Shown in pieces: positions 16,594 through 26,050 of a stretch of 64,000 nt of DNA (the stretch's first letter is position 1; each line of letters opens with the position of its first letter). Below the pieces are notes generated by a model. It saw only the letters and a program-made list of their open reading frames with translations, did no database searches and was not told the DNA's origin. The position numbers and the translations under genes are program-made. Source of the stretch: an uncultured virus (IMG/VR IMGVR_UViG_3300030099_006902) (Duplodnaviria > Heunggongvirae > Uroviricota > Caudoviricetes); the IMG/VR virus record IMGVR_UViG_3300030099_006902; one strand, 5' to 3'.

Positions 16594-17810
16594 AAAGAAA
16601 TCATTGTTTAATTTGCGGTGGGCAGCATCTAACAAAAATTCTAGATCTGGGCAATCACCCATATGCTGACACATTTATAGCTGAGAAAGATAACTGTAAC
16701 TTACTCCCAGTTTATAAATTATCTTGCGTGCTGTGTCAAGATTGTGGTCAGGTGCAGACAGAATCTGTTACCAATCCAGAAGATAGATATAATCTATATG
16801 ACTATTCATACACATCATCTAATTCATCTGTGTCAAGAAGTCATTGGCAAAATTATTCACAAGATGTTATTAGCAAACTGTCTGTAAAAGAAAAAGATAG
16901 AATTTGTGAAATTGGTTCAAATGATGGATTTCTACTTGATTTTTTTAAACAACACGGCGCGATTGTTTTAGGAATTGATGCGTCAAAAAAGCTAGTTGAA
17001 ATAAGTAACTCAAATGGAATCCCAGCAATCCAAAAAATATTTAGCTTAAATATTTCTGATGAGATATTAAAAAGTCATCCTAAATTTGATGTTGTGGTCG
17101 CTAATAACGTATTTAACCATGCAGATGAACCAATATCTTTTTCAAAGGGAGTAAAAAATCTATTGAAAAGTAATGGTCATTTTGTTTTTGAAGTTCCATA
17201 TTGGAAAAGCACTATTGATTCCCAAAAAATAGACCAAGTTTATCATGAACATGTTAGCTATTTTACAGCAACATCTGTTAAAAAAATGATGGAAAAGATT
17301 GACTTTAGTGTTGTTGATATAGAAGTGGTGGATTATCATGGTGGATCGCTTAGGGTATATGCACAAAAATCAGACAATATTGAACACTGTGAAAAATTAT
17401 ATGACCTAATGAAGAATGAGTCTTATCTGTTTGATGAAATTACATATGATAATTTAATAACTGATTTACAAAGAAAAAAACATTTATTTTTGAAAGACTT
17501 ATTTGAGGCTAAAGTTTTAAAAAATATACCTATTGTAGCCATTGGTGCCGCCGCCAAAGGCAACACTTTTTTAAACTATATGAACTTAAACTCTACACTT
17601 GTAGATTATGTGACTGATAGTTCTCCCTTAAAACAAGGAAAGTCGACTCCGCTAACTAATATTCCAATAACATCAGATGAAATATTGTCAAAATATGATG
17701 ATGTTTATGCTATAATATTATCATGGAATTTATCAGATAAAATAAAACAAAAATTATACCACATTAATAAAAACATAAAATTTATAAACTTCTATAAGGA
17801 CTATCAATGA
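16590..17810 (+). CDS. NDP-sugar C-methyltransferase (N-terminal Zn finger, SAM-dependent)
   Basis: CLIC..CQDC, EIGSNDG, YHEHVSYF, HGGSLR, GAAAKGNT. Confidence 0.9.
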   Translation: MKRNHCLICGGQHLTKILDLGNHPYADTFIAEKDNCNLLPVYKLSCVLCQDCGQVQTESVTNPEDRYNLYDYSYTSSNSSVSRSHWQNYSQDVISKLSVKEKDRICEIGSNDGFLLDFFKQHGAIVLGIDASKKLVEISNSNGIPAIQKIFSLNISDEILKSHPKFDVVVANNVFNHADEPISFSKGVKNLLKSNGHFVFEVPYWKSTIDSQKIDQVYHEHVSYFTATSVKKMMEKIDFSVVDIEVVDYHGGSLRVYAQKSDNIEHCEKLYDLMKNESYLFDEITYDNLITDLQRKKHLFLKDLFEAKVLKNIPIVAIGAAAKGNTFLNYMNLNSTLVDYVTDSSPLKQGKSTPLTNIPITSDEILSKYDDVYAIILSWNLSDKIKQKLYHINKNIKFINFYKDYQ

Positions 17811-18214
17811 AACACAAGAACATTTGGACTACCACAGAGCCTCCGTTGGAATTGCATTCTGATGATCGCGGAGATATAACAGATATATTTTACAAGTCTG
17901 ATGTAAATCATGTTGCTGTTGTTCGATCAAACAAGGGCGCTGTTAGAGGTAATCATTACCACAAACAAACAACTCAATACATGTTGATCACTAAAGGATC
18001 TTTAGAATACTGGCATAAACCGCTTGATTCAAATAAAGAAGCTGAGTGTGTTTTATTGTGTGAGGGTGATTTTGTTGAAACTCCACCTAACGAAATACAT
18101 GCATTGAATATTGTAGAAGATAACGAATTTGTAGTTTTCACTACCGGTGTTCGTGGTGGTCAAGATTACGAGTCTGATACTTTTAGAATTGGCGAGAACA
18201 TCATAAAAGGGTAA
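17807..18214 (+). CDS. Cupin (sugar 3,5-epimerase/isomerase-like)
   Basis: DDRG, RGNHYH, PPNEIH. Confidence 0.8.
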   Translation: MKHKNIWTTTEPPLELHSDDRGDITDIFYKSDVNHVAVVRSNKGAVRGNHYHKQTTQYMLITKGSLEYWHKPLDSNKEAECVLLCEGDFVETPPNEIHALNIVEDNEFVVFTTGVRGGQDYESDTFRIGENIIKG

Positions 18215-18217
18215 AAA

Positions 18218-18796
18218 ATGACTGAAGAAAAAATTAGACTACACTTGGGATGTGGACATCGATATTTACCGGGTTTTTTGCATATAGATATTGATAATTC
18301 AGTTCCTCATCTTGATTATTGCTCAGACATTAACGACTTGAGTATGTTTGATGATGGATCAGTTGATGAGATTTATACATGCGGCGCTATTGGGTATTAT
18401 GACTCCGAAGAACGCACAGTTTTATTTGAAGAGTGGAATCGAGTTCTAAAAAAAGGCGGCAAACTGAGAATATCAGTAGTAGATTTTGAGAAACAAATTG
18501 AGGTATATCTTAAAACAAACAAAAATTTAAGAAGCCCGGGCGTAATTGGACCAATGTTTGGAATATGGCCATTTACAGATAAACAAGGAATAGAAAGAAA
18601 AGCATTTAAAAAAACTGCATACGATTATGATACTTTAAAAGATGTTCTTTTAAGTTTTGGTTTTGAAGATTACAAGAGGTATGATTGGAAAGAATTTAAT
18701 CCACCTGGATATGATGATTATTCAGCAGCGTATGTTCCGCACATGGATGAAAGTGGAGTTCATATTATGCTTAATGTAGAGTGTGTAAAGTGTTAA
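18218..18796 (+). CDS. Class I SAM-dependent methyltransferase
   Basis: LHLGCG, DGSVDEI, EWNRVLKKGG. Confidence 0.85.
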   Translation: MTEEKIRLHLGCGHRYLPGFLHIDIDNSVPHLDYCSDINDLSMFDDGSVDEIYTCGAIGYYDSEERTVLFEEWNRVLKKGGKLRISVVDFEKQIEVYLKTNKNLRSPGVIGPMFGIWPFTDKQGIERKAFKKTAYDYDTLKDVLLSFGFEDYKRYDWKEFNPPGYDDYSAAYVPHMDESGVHIMLNVECVKC

Positions 18797-19209
18797 ATTT
18801 ATACTCTCGTGTTGAGCCATCAAAATTGATATTGACTCTTATAAGAAAAGAAGATATAACACACTCTCGGCACAATATTACGCCCGACGAACAATATCTT
18901 CAAGCGGGAGCTAAAAAACTAAAAATAGATGAATATTTCCCGCCACACTATCATCTTCCGTGTGAAAAATTGGCCACTATAACAGAAGAGGCATGGGTAA
19001 TCCTAAATGGCAGGGTAGAAGGAAAGTTTTACGACTTAGATCATAAATTATTAGACACTATCGTCTTGGGAGATGGAGATTGTATAGTATTATATAAAGG
19101 TGGCCACTCGCTAAAAAATTTAGATGAAGGAACAATTATGTATGAATTTAAAACAGGCCCATACTTTGGCAGAGAACAAGATAAAGAATACATTACTGAA
19201 AGCGATTGA
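18790..19209 (+). CDS. Cupin (WbuC-like)
   Basis: PHYH, E, GGH and EFKTGPY cupin motifs; start uncertain. Confidence 0.7.
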   Translation: MLNLYSRVEPSKLILTLIRKEDITHSRHNITPDEQYLQAGAKKLKIDEYFPPHYHLPCEKLATITEEAWVILNGRVEGKFYDLDHKLLDTIVLGDGDCIVLYKGGHSLKNLDEGTIMYEFKTGPYFGREQDKEYITESD

Positions 19210-19211
19210 TT

Positions 19212-19829
19212 ATGAGTAATATAGATTTTGATGTTATTAGAATTTTTGAAGAACAGGTTGCTTCTTTTTTTGGTTCACCTTATGCGGTTGCTGTAGATTG
19301 CTGCACGCACGCTTTAGAATTATGTTTAAGGTATCAAAATATTAAACAATTTTCGACCCCAAAAAGAACATATATTTCGGTTCCTTTTCTAGCTAATAAA
19401 TTAAATATTGAACACTTTTGGAGGGACGAAGAATGGTCAGAGTTTTATTTTCTTGGAGACACAAATATTGCAGATGCGGCAGTCCTATGGAGAAAAGATT
19501 CATTTATTGAAAACACTTTTATGTGTTTAAGTTTTCAATATCGTAAGCATCTTAGTTTAGGTCGTGGGGGTATGATATTGACTGATAATAAAAAAGCAGC
19601 AAAAGACTTGAAAAAAATGTCATATGATGGTAGAATACCAATGGTGCCTTGGAGAGAACAAAATATTTCATCCATTGGCTATCATTACTATATGACACCC
19701 GAAACAGCGCAACTAGGTTTGGATAAATTACCAGAAGCTATAAACACTGAGCCAAAAAAATGGATTACTACCGACTGGCCTGACCTAACACAATTGGATG
19801 TTTTTAAACACAGAAATGGAGATTTTTAA
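19212..19829 (+). CDS. Shortened DegT/DnrJ/EryC1/StrS-family PLP enzyme
   Basis: FEEQVASFFGSPYAVAVDCCTHALEL, DAA, SFQYRKHL..GRGG; only about 205 aa. Confidence 0.8.
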   Translation: MSNIDFDVIRIFEEQVASFFGSPYAVAVDCCTHALELCLRYQNIKQFSTPKRTYISVPFLANKLNIEHFWRDEEWSEFYFLGDTNIADAAVLWRKDSFIENTFMCLSFQYRKHLSLGRGGMILTDNKKAAKDLKKMSYDGRIPMVPWREQNISSIGYHYYMTPETAQLGLDKLPEAINTEPKKWITTDWPDLTQLDVFKHRNGDF

Positions 19830-19831
19830 TA

Positions 19832-20818
19832 ATGAAAAAAGCCTTAATTACAGGTATTGCTGGCCAAGATGGTAGCTATTTAACAGAATACTTATTGTCC
19901 AAAGGCTATGAAGTTCATGGTATTGTTAGAAGGCATTCTGTTGCTGAAAACCAAAATCATAGATTGAATAAAATTGGACTAAACAAAAATGTTCAAACAT
20001 ATTATGGTGATCTGCTTGATTACCCTTCTCTTGTTAGAGTAGTTAGCAAGGTTATGCCAGATGAGATATACAACCTTGGAGCAATGAGTCATGTAAGAGT
20101 TAGCTTTGATATGCCATCATTTACCATTCAAACTAACGCACTTGGTGTTTTGCACATGCTTGAAGTATATCGAACAATAGTTCCACATGCAGCATTCTAC
20201 CAGGCTTCATCTTCTGAAATGTTTGGTAATTCTGTAGACGCTGACGGAGTTCAAAGGCTAACAACGCCTATGAACCCTGTTAGTCCTTATGGGTGCGCTA
20301 AAGTTATGNNNNNNNNNNTTATGGGATATAATCTTGTTCGACACTATCGGCATGCTTACGGTCTTCATGCTTGTAATGGAATCTTATTTAACCATGAGTC
20401 ACCACGCCGCGGCTCAAACTTTGTTACAAATAAAGTTGTAAAAGGAGCAGTATCAATTAAGAAAGGTTTGCAAGACAAGTTAGAATTAGGAAATATGGAT
20501 TCATATCGAGATTGGGGTCACTCTAAAGATTATGTCCGTGCTATGCATATGATAGCAAACCACCATGAGCCAGATGAATTCATTGTTGCAACTGGAGAAA
20601 CCCACTCAGTTCGTGATTTGTGCGAAGCTGTGTTTAGCAAACTGGATATGGACTATCGAGATTATGTTGTGCAAAATCCTAAATATATGCGCCCAGAAGA
20701 ATTAAAATATCTAAAAGGTGATTCATCAAAGGCAAGAGAAATACTAAATTGGAAACCAGAATACACATTTAGCTCAATGTTGGACGAAATGATAGAAAGA
20801 TGGCAGCAAGAACTGTAA
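19832..20818 (+). CDS. gmd: GDP-mannose 4,6-dehydratase
   Basis: ITGIAGQDGSY, SHVRVSF, YQASSSEMFG, PYGCAK, LFNHESPRRG, RDWGH. Confidence 0.95.
   Translation: MKKALITGIAGQDGSYLTEYLLSKGYEVHGIVRRHSVAENQNHRLNKIGLNKNVQTYYGDLLDYPSLVRVVSKVMPDEIYNLGAMSHVRVSFDMPSFTIQTNALGVLHMLEVYRTIVPHAAFYQASSSEMFGNSVDADGVQRLTTPMNPVSPYGCAKVMXXXXMGYNLVRHYRHAYGLHACNGILFNHESPRRGSNFVTNKVVKGAVSIKKGLQDKLELGNMDSYRDWGHSKDYVRAMHMIANHHEPDEFIVATGETHSVRDLCEAVFSKLDMDYRDYVVQNPKYMRPEELKYLKGDSSKAREILNWKPEYTFSSMLDEMIERWQQEL
20309..20318. other. Assembly gap (10 N) with duplicated flanks
   Basis: TTATG occurs on both sides of the Ns. Confidence 0.95.
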
Positions 20819-21045
20819 ATACTAAAAACAAAAATTTAGAGATTGGCGAACTAGTAAAATGGTATGAGTCATATGCTGACGGTTATATAACAAAAGATGC
20901 GGGTTATGGTGTTGTAGTTGGTATTAACACATATGAACTTGGGTTTTCCGAGGGACCTTACACAAATTACACTGTCTACAGAAACAAGCACTCAGACACA
21001 ATGCGCTTTGGCATTGAAGAACTGGAGTTACTAATTGATGAATAA
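20800..21045 (+). CDS. Small hypothetical protein (LEIGELVKW, SH3/KOW-like)
   Basis: 81-aa ORF filling the gap between gmd and the next gene. Confidence 0.65.
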   Translation: MAARTVNTKNKNLEIGELVKWYESYADGYITKDAGYGVVVGINTYELGFSEGPYTNYTVYRNKHSDTMRFGIEELELLIDE

Positions 21046-21898
21046 AAGATTATGTATTCTACAGGTAACACCGTCTACACCAACACAAAGTCATGTAGAA
21101 CTATTTGGCAACAAAGAGCAATGTGATTTTTATTTTGTCACCCATGATAAACCACACAAAGAAGCACTAGAATATTGCCCAAACACAACTTGGACTGACA
21201 CTAGAAATGTTCTAATAGAAAAAGTTCCTAAAAAGTATGATTATTATGGCTTTGCTGATTATGATTATGGATTTCGTCCATTAGGCACTTTAGGTGCTCT
21301 GGAGCAAGTGTTATATGATTTAGACAAGTTTAATCCTGCTGTGTTGACTTATTATCCTGGACGTGGTATGATAACGCCATTTGCAGATAACATTGATTAT
21401 CGAAACAGTAAAGAATATTCGGTTTTACCGTTTGCTCATGCTGGGTTCAAAATGATACATCACAGCTTATTAGATTGGTTTTTTCCTATGATTACTCAAT
21501 ATGGCGGCGGTGTTGAAGCCTGTCATTTATTCAACATATTGGAAATACCATTTTTAAAAAACACTGTATGTAGCCATAAAATGGTATATGATAATGGACA
21601 CACAAATATGGAATCTCCACATAATCGTGACTCTTACAAAAATCAATATAACATGCATATGATGTGGAACTGGCTGCGACCTTCAATTAAAAGAACAAAA
21701 ATAATTGATTACTATGCAAAAACAGAAAAAGAAAAAGCAGACCCAATGTTAATAAAACGAGCATTTATTGACATTGTAATACAACAAAACATACAACCAG
21801 TTGAATCAGAAAAAACAGTAAATTATTACGATATAAACAAAATTTCAACATTTTTTAATCCCACTCACGAGTGGTTTGTTCAAAAACTTAATAAATAA
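21038..21898 (+). CDS. Hypothetical protein, possibly a GT-A-like glycosyltransferase
   Basis: TWTDTRN and YDYYGFADYD (DxD); located in the glycan island. Confidence 0.5.
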   Translation: MNKRLCILQVTPSTPTQSHVELFGNKEQCDFYFVTHDKPHKEALEYCPNTTWTDTRNVLIEKVPKKYDYYGFADYDYGFRPLGTLGALEQVLYDLDKFNPAVLTYYPGRGMITPFADNIDYRNSKEYSVLPFAHAGFKMIHHSLLDWFFPMITQYGGGVEACHLFNILEIPFLKNTVCSHKMVYDNGHTNMESPHNRDSYKNQYNMHMMWNWLRPSIKRTKIIDYYAKTEKEKADPMLIKRAFIDIVIQQNIQPVESEKTVNYYDINKISTFFNPTHEWFVQKLNK

Positions 21899-21900
21899 TA

Positions 21901-22551
21901 ATGAATATATTTATTCCAATAAAGCACAACTCACAAAGAGTGCATCGAAAAAATTTTAGAAGATTCGGAAAAGAGCCTTTGTTTAAGCACACATTGCTTA
22001 AATATAAAAATCATAACGTTTTCGTTGATACCGACAGTCAAGAGGTCATAGATCTAATTGGGCAAGATAAAAGACTTAGGCATGTCAATGTTTTTTCTCG
22101 CAGTGAATCCCTAATAGGCGATAAGGTATCAGTATGTGATTTAATAAAAGATTTTATTATTAGATTAAAAATACAAGAACCAATTGCTCAAATTCACGTT
22201 ACAAGTCCATTTTTAAAAGAAAAAACAATAGCCGATGCATTTACGTATCTGCGTAATTACGACTCTGTTGTATCATGTAATATATACAGATCTAGATTCT
22301 GGAGAAAAGAAAGTTATGGCTTTTGTCCAGTAAACCATAATCCGACTAAAATGGAACAAACACAAGATCTACCAGCATTTTATGAGGAAAACTCGGCCTT
22401 TTATATTTTCAAGCCGGAAGTAATTCTATCACAAAATAGTCGCATTGGACAACAGCCGTATTTTTATCCGATTGACACTCAGGAAAGTATTGATATTGAT
22501 ACAGAAGATGATTGGGATCTTGCGACAAGGGCACTTTTAAATGAATATTGA
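21901..22551 (+). CDS. Acylneuraminate cytidylyltransferase-like (NeuA/KdsB family)
   Basis: IPIKHNSQRVHRKN, VDTDS, HVTSPF, TQDLP..YEENS, DIDTEDDW. Confidence 0.85.
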   Translation: MNIFIPIKHNSQRVHRKNFRRFGKEPLFKHTLLKYKNHNVFVDTDSQEVIDLIGQDKRLRHVNVFSRSESLIGDKVSVCDLIKDFIIRLKIQEPIAQIHVTSPFLKEKTIADAFTYLRNYDSVVSCNIYRSRFWRKESYGFCPVNHNPTKMEQTQDLPAFYEENSAFYIFKPEVILSQNSRIGQQPYFYPIDTQESIDIDTEDDWDLATRALLNEY

Positions 22552-23152
22552 TTTAGTGATTTTTGACTTAGATGGGGTCTTGGTTGATGCTTGTGAGTGG
22601 CACAGGTTGGCATTAAATGAGGCGCTAAAAGAAGTGTGTAATTATGAGATTTCATTAGATGAACATTATTCAACGTTCAATGGGATTCCAACAAAAAAAA
22701 AGCTTAATATTTTAACTAAAACTGATATAATAAAACAAAAAGATATTCAATGTATTTATGACAAAAAACAAGCAAAAACGTTAGAAATCATAAGAACTCA
22801 TTGCAAAATCAGGCAAGAAAAAATAGATATGTTGAAGTATCTCAAAGCAAATAACGTTAAAATAGCATGCTACACCAATAGTATTAGACAGACGGGCTCG
22901 CTGATGTTAAAGAAAACAGGTATTTATGATCTTTTCGATTTGTTTCTATCTAATCAAGATGTACCAGAACCAAAACCAAACCCAATAGGCTATACTCAAG
23001 TGATGGAATATTTTGGCATAAGCAAGCAAAATACTTTGATAATCGAAGATTCACCAAAGGGACTAAGTGCTGCTCTTGATTCTGGCGCTAGAGTTGTAAA
23101 GGTTAATAACCCTGATGATGTTGACGTTTTACTTTTTAGGAGCGCCCAATGA
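22541..23152 (+). CDS. HAD-family phosphatase
   Basis: IFDLDGVL, TNS, KPNP, IEDSPKG. Confidence 0.9.
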   Translation: MNIDLVIFDLDGVLVDACEWHRLALNEALKEVCNYEISLDEHYSTFNGIPTKKKLNILTKTDIIKQKDIQCIYDKKQAKTLEIIRTHCKIRQEKIDMLKYLKANNVKIACYTNSIRQTGSLMLKKTGIYDLFDLFLSNQDVPEPKPNPIGYTQVMEYFGISKQNTLIIEDSPKGLSAALDSGARVVKVNNPDDVDVLLFRSAQ

Positions 23153-23874
23153 AGATTTTGATACCAATGGCAGGAGAAGGAAGCAGGTTTGTAAAAGAGG
23201 GCTACACTTTCCCAAAGCCGCTGATTGATGTTGATGGAAAACCGATGATCCAATCTGTTGTTGAGAATTTAGATTTTGATGCGGAATATATTTTCTTAGT
23301 TAGAAAGAAGCATTTGGAAGAGTACACTGGATTAGAATCAACTTTGTGTAGAATTACTAATGGCAGATATAAACTTGTTACAGTCGATGGACTAACCGAA
23401 GGGGCAGCTTGCACAGCGTTGCTGGCAAAGGAGTTTATAGATAACGATGAAGATCTATTAATTGCTAATTCTGATCAAATTATTGAATATGAGCCAGAAA
23501 ACTTTATGCTGATTAAAAATATAACTAATTGTGATGCCGCTGTCTTCACCTTTAATGCCGTGCATCCGAAGTGGTCTTTTGTAAAAACTAACTCCAGAGG
23601 TTTTGTCGTTGAAGTTGCTGAAAAGAAGCCTATATCAAATATAGCAACTTGTGGCATCTATTGGTATCGCAAAGGCTCCGACTTTGTTAAATATGCAGAA
23701 TCTATGATTAGAAAAGATATCCGCGTAAACAATGAATTTTACATCGCTCCCGTATACAATGAACTTATTCAAGATGGGAAAACGTTGGTTCCTTTCTATG
23801 TTCACAAAATGTGGGGTATTGGTACCCCAGAAGACTTAAACCATTTTTTAAAAAACTATTTTCCAAGGAGATAA
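23149..23874 (+). CDS. Sugar-phosphate nucleotidyltransferase (NTP_transferase family)
   Basis: IPMAGEGSRF..PKPLI, EGAACT, NSDQ, AEKK, GTPEDL. Confidence 0.9.
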   Translation: MKILIPMAGEGSRFVKEGYTFPKPLIDVDGKPMIQSVVENLDFDAEYIFLVRKKHLEEYTGLESTLCRITNGRYKLVTVDGLTEGAACTALLAKEFIDNDEDLLIANSDQIIEYEPENFMLIKNITNCDAAVFTFNAVHPKWSFVKTNSRGFVVEVAEKKPISNIATCGIYWYRKGSDFVKYAESMIRKDIRVNNEFYIAPVYNELIQDGKTLVPFYVHKMWGIGTPEDLNHFLKNYFPRR

Positions 23875-23877
23875 GAA

Positions 23878-24525
23878 GTGTCACATCAAGATAAATTTTT
23901 TGACTTCATTGATGATTTAAACAAGAATAATATAAAATATTATTTTTTGAGAGGGTTTACAAAATTACCACACAAGCCAGATACAGATATTGATTTAGTG
24001 TGTCACATGTCCGATTGGGATTTCTTCAACAAGATTGCAGAAAATCATTTATCCGGAGAGGGTTTTCAAAACTTTGGTTTTGCTGAATATTGTGATATGA
24101 GATATCATCCATTCTTTACTCCCGGACCTACGGATCATTCCATACCAAATGGTAGATTTAGAATTGATTCCTATAACTGTCTACATATGAGCAGCCCAAT
24201 GAATAATTTTAGAACTTATTGGACTTTGCCATACAAGTTTGGCGAATACGTGTTTGAGAAAAGAATTAAAGTTCCCTATGAAACACCGTATTATATACCA
24301 TCTGTTGAGTGTGAGATTTTGTTATTGGTATTGAGGAATATTTTAGATTTTCAAGGATCTTGGAAAGCAAAGCACATCAACAGAATTAGAGACTTGAAGG
24401 GCAACTTTGATCAAGAAGAGTTACTAAACTGTACAAGTATGGTGTTACCACATAGCGACAAAGTTGTTGAATATGTGTGTAGCGATCAGTATAATAAAAT
24501 TTTTAACCTAGTGATGGAGAATTAG
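23878..24525 (+). CDS. Pol-beta-fold nucleotidyltransferase-like protein (LicD-like?)
   Basis: YFLRG...DTDIDL (DxD), later RID; AGGAG SD, GTG start. Confidence 0.5.
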   Translation: MSHQDKFFDFIDDLNKNNIKYYFLRGFTKLPHKPDTDIDLVCHMSDWDFFNKIAENHLSGEGFQNFGFAEYCDMRYHPFFTPGPTDHSIPNGRFRIDSYNCLHMSSPMNNFRTYWTLPYKFGEYVFEKRIKVPYETPYYIPSVECEILLLVLRNILDFQGSWKAKHINRIRDLKGNFDQEELLNCTSMVLPHSDKVVEYVCSDQYNKIFNLVMEN

Positions 24526-24529
24526 AACT

Positions 24530-24742
24530 ATGAGTATCATAACTAAAGTGCTCGTCGATACTACTATCGATTGGCCAATGAAAGGATCTAGAATTTTAGT
24601 AGAAAACAATATTGGTGACCTGGAGGCAATCCACATGCACATTCTTAGTGATTGGGATCGTGGGTGGACCTATAGGTTGCATTTTACTTTAGATGAATTT
24701 AAGGAATTCAGCAAAAAAATCATCGATGGAGGAAGATTATAA
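24530..24742 (+). CDS. Small hypothetical protein
   Basis: GGAG SD, 70 aa. Confidence 0.65.
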   Translation: MSIITKVLVDTTIDWPMKGSRILVENNIGDLEAIHMHILSDWDRGWTYRLHFTLDEFKEFSKKIIDGGRL

Positions 24743-24942
24743 TGGGACACATTGTTAAGCACATTATGGGTGAAGGACAAGAAGAGGCAACACCAAAATA
24801 TCAAAAGTGGACAATTGAACTAAATTCTGATGGTAAAATTCACATTCACCTTAATAACATCAGAATGGATTTGACTGTTCCAGAGTACAACCAATTTCAT
24901 GATATCATAAAGGCTTCTCATGACAAACTTTTTAAATCTTAA
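24742..24942 (+). CDS. Small hypothetical protein
   Basis: GGAGG SD, TAATG coupling, 66 aa. Confidence 0.65.
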   Translation: MGHIVKHIMGEGQEEATPKYQKWTIELNSDGKIHIHLNNIRMDLTVPEYNQFHDIIKASHDKLFKS

Positions 24943-25585
24943 GGAAACTATAAAGTCTTCTTATACGATATCGGATGATTCCAGATTTTTTATTATTGAT
25001 TCTAAATCTAAAACTGATTTTATAACCCTTACGCCACAAAAGATAAAAGAAGTAATTGATTATTCTCAACAAGAAAATAGTAATATTGTTGAGATATATC
25101 AATTGACATCTAATAGGTGTGTTAGTAAGTTTTATTCTGAACTAACTCCAATGGTTATAATTGAAAAAAATAGTTTTTATAGTTCTGAAGTTTTCTTAGA
25201 AAAATCTAAGAATTATACCAAATTCATTAGAGATTATGACAAGGTTTGCGATTTATACAATAAAATTGTTGATTCTTATATAGACTTTTCTATCAATACT
25301 GGTTGTTACTTTAGCGATATGTCTGGTAACAATATAATGGTGAATTCTGATTTTAGTAAGTTTAAGATTATTGATGTTTTTTCTATAAAGAGAGCTTACC
25401 CAAACATGTCAATAAAGTTCGATCCTTGGTCTATTATGTCTTGCATTAACATCAAAAGAGAGAACAACAAGGTGTTTGTTTCTGGTGACGATACTTTGAG
25501 CAATTATCTATCAAATCTTGATTTGAATCAACTCGATAAACAGGTTTTTAGTAAAATCAAAACCAGAGAATTTATTTTTCAATAA
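24920..25585 (+). CDS. Kinase-like protein (protein-kinase/choline-kinase fold)
   Basis: FSDMSGNNIMV (catalytic loop D..N) followed by KIIDV. Confidence 0.5.
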   Translation: MTNFLNLKETIKSSYTISDDSRFFIIDSKSKTDFITLTPQKIKEVIDYSQQENSNIVEIYQLTSNRCVSKFYSELTPMVIIEKNSFYSSEVFLEKSKNYTKFIRDYDKVCDLYNKIVDSYIDFSINTGCYFSDMSGNNIMVNSDFSKFKIIDVFSIKRAYPNMSIKFDPWSIMSCINIKRENNKVFVSGDDTLSNYLSNLDLNQLDKQVFSKIKTREFIFQ

Positions 25586-25594
25586 GACAGTTAT

Positions 25595-26050
25595 ATGCTA
25601 TTGATATCACACAGAGGAAACATCAGCGGACCTAATCCTGATAGGGAGAACCACCCAGAGTATTTAGAACAAGCGATAAATCAGGGCTTTGATGTAGAAG
25701 TAGACATTCGCGGTAACCTTATTGATGGTTTTTGGCTTGGGCATGATGAGCCACAATATGAGGTTTCTACTGAGTGGATTTTTGAAAGAAGTCGTTTTCT
25801 GTGGCTTCACGCTAAATCTTTGGACACTCTTTTTACTTTTACCTCACAATTAACAGGTGTGCATTGTTTTTGGCACCAAAATGATTCTTATACACTTACA
25901 AATACGGGATATATTTGGACTTATCCCGGTAAAACCCTAACACCCCAAAGTATCTGCGTTATGCCAGAAAAAGTACCAAATTTTTATAGCACAGATGATC
26001 TAACGGATTGTTTTGGTATCTGCACTGATTTCGTTGAGAGTTACAGATGA
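25595..26050 (+). CDS. Short glycerophosphodiester phosphodiesterase-like protein
   Basis: ISHRGN, RENHP, VEVDI, LGHD, GICTD. Confidence 0.75.
   Translation: MLLISHRGNISGPNPDRENHPEYLEQAINQGFDVEVDIRGNLIDGFWLGHDEPQYEVSTEWIFERSRFLWLHAKSLDTLFTFTSQLTGVHCFWHQNDSYTLTNTGYIWTYPGKTLTPQSICVMPEKVPNFYSTDDLTDCFGICTDFVESYR

Noticed and set aside
20300..20325. Apparent 5-codon insertion (VMXXXXMG) in gmd
   Set aside because: TTATG is duplicated across the N gap; collapsing it restores AKVMGYN, so it is a scaffolding artefact
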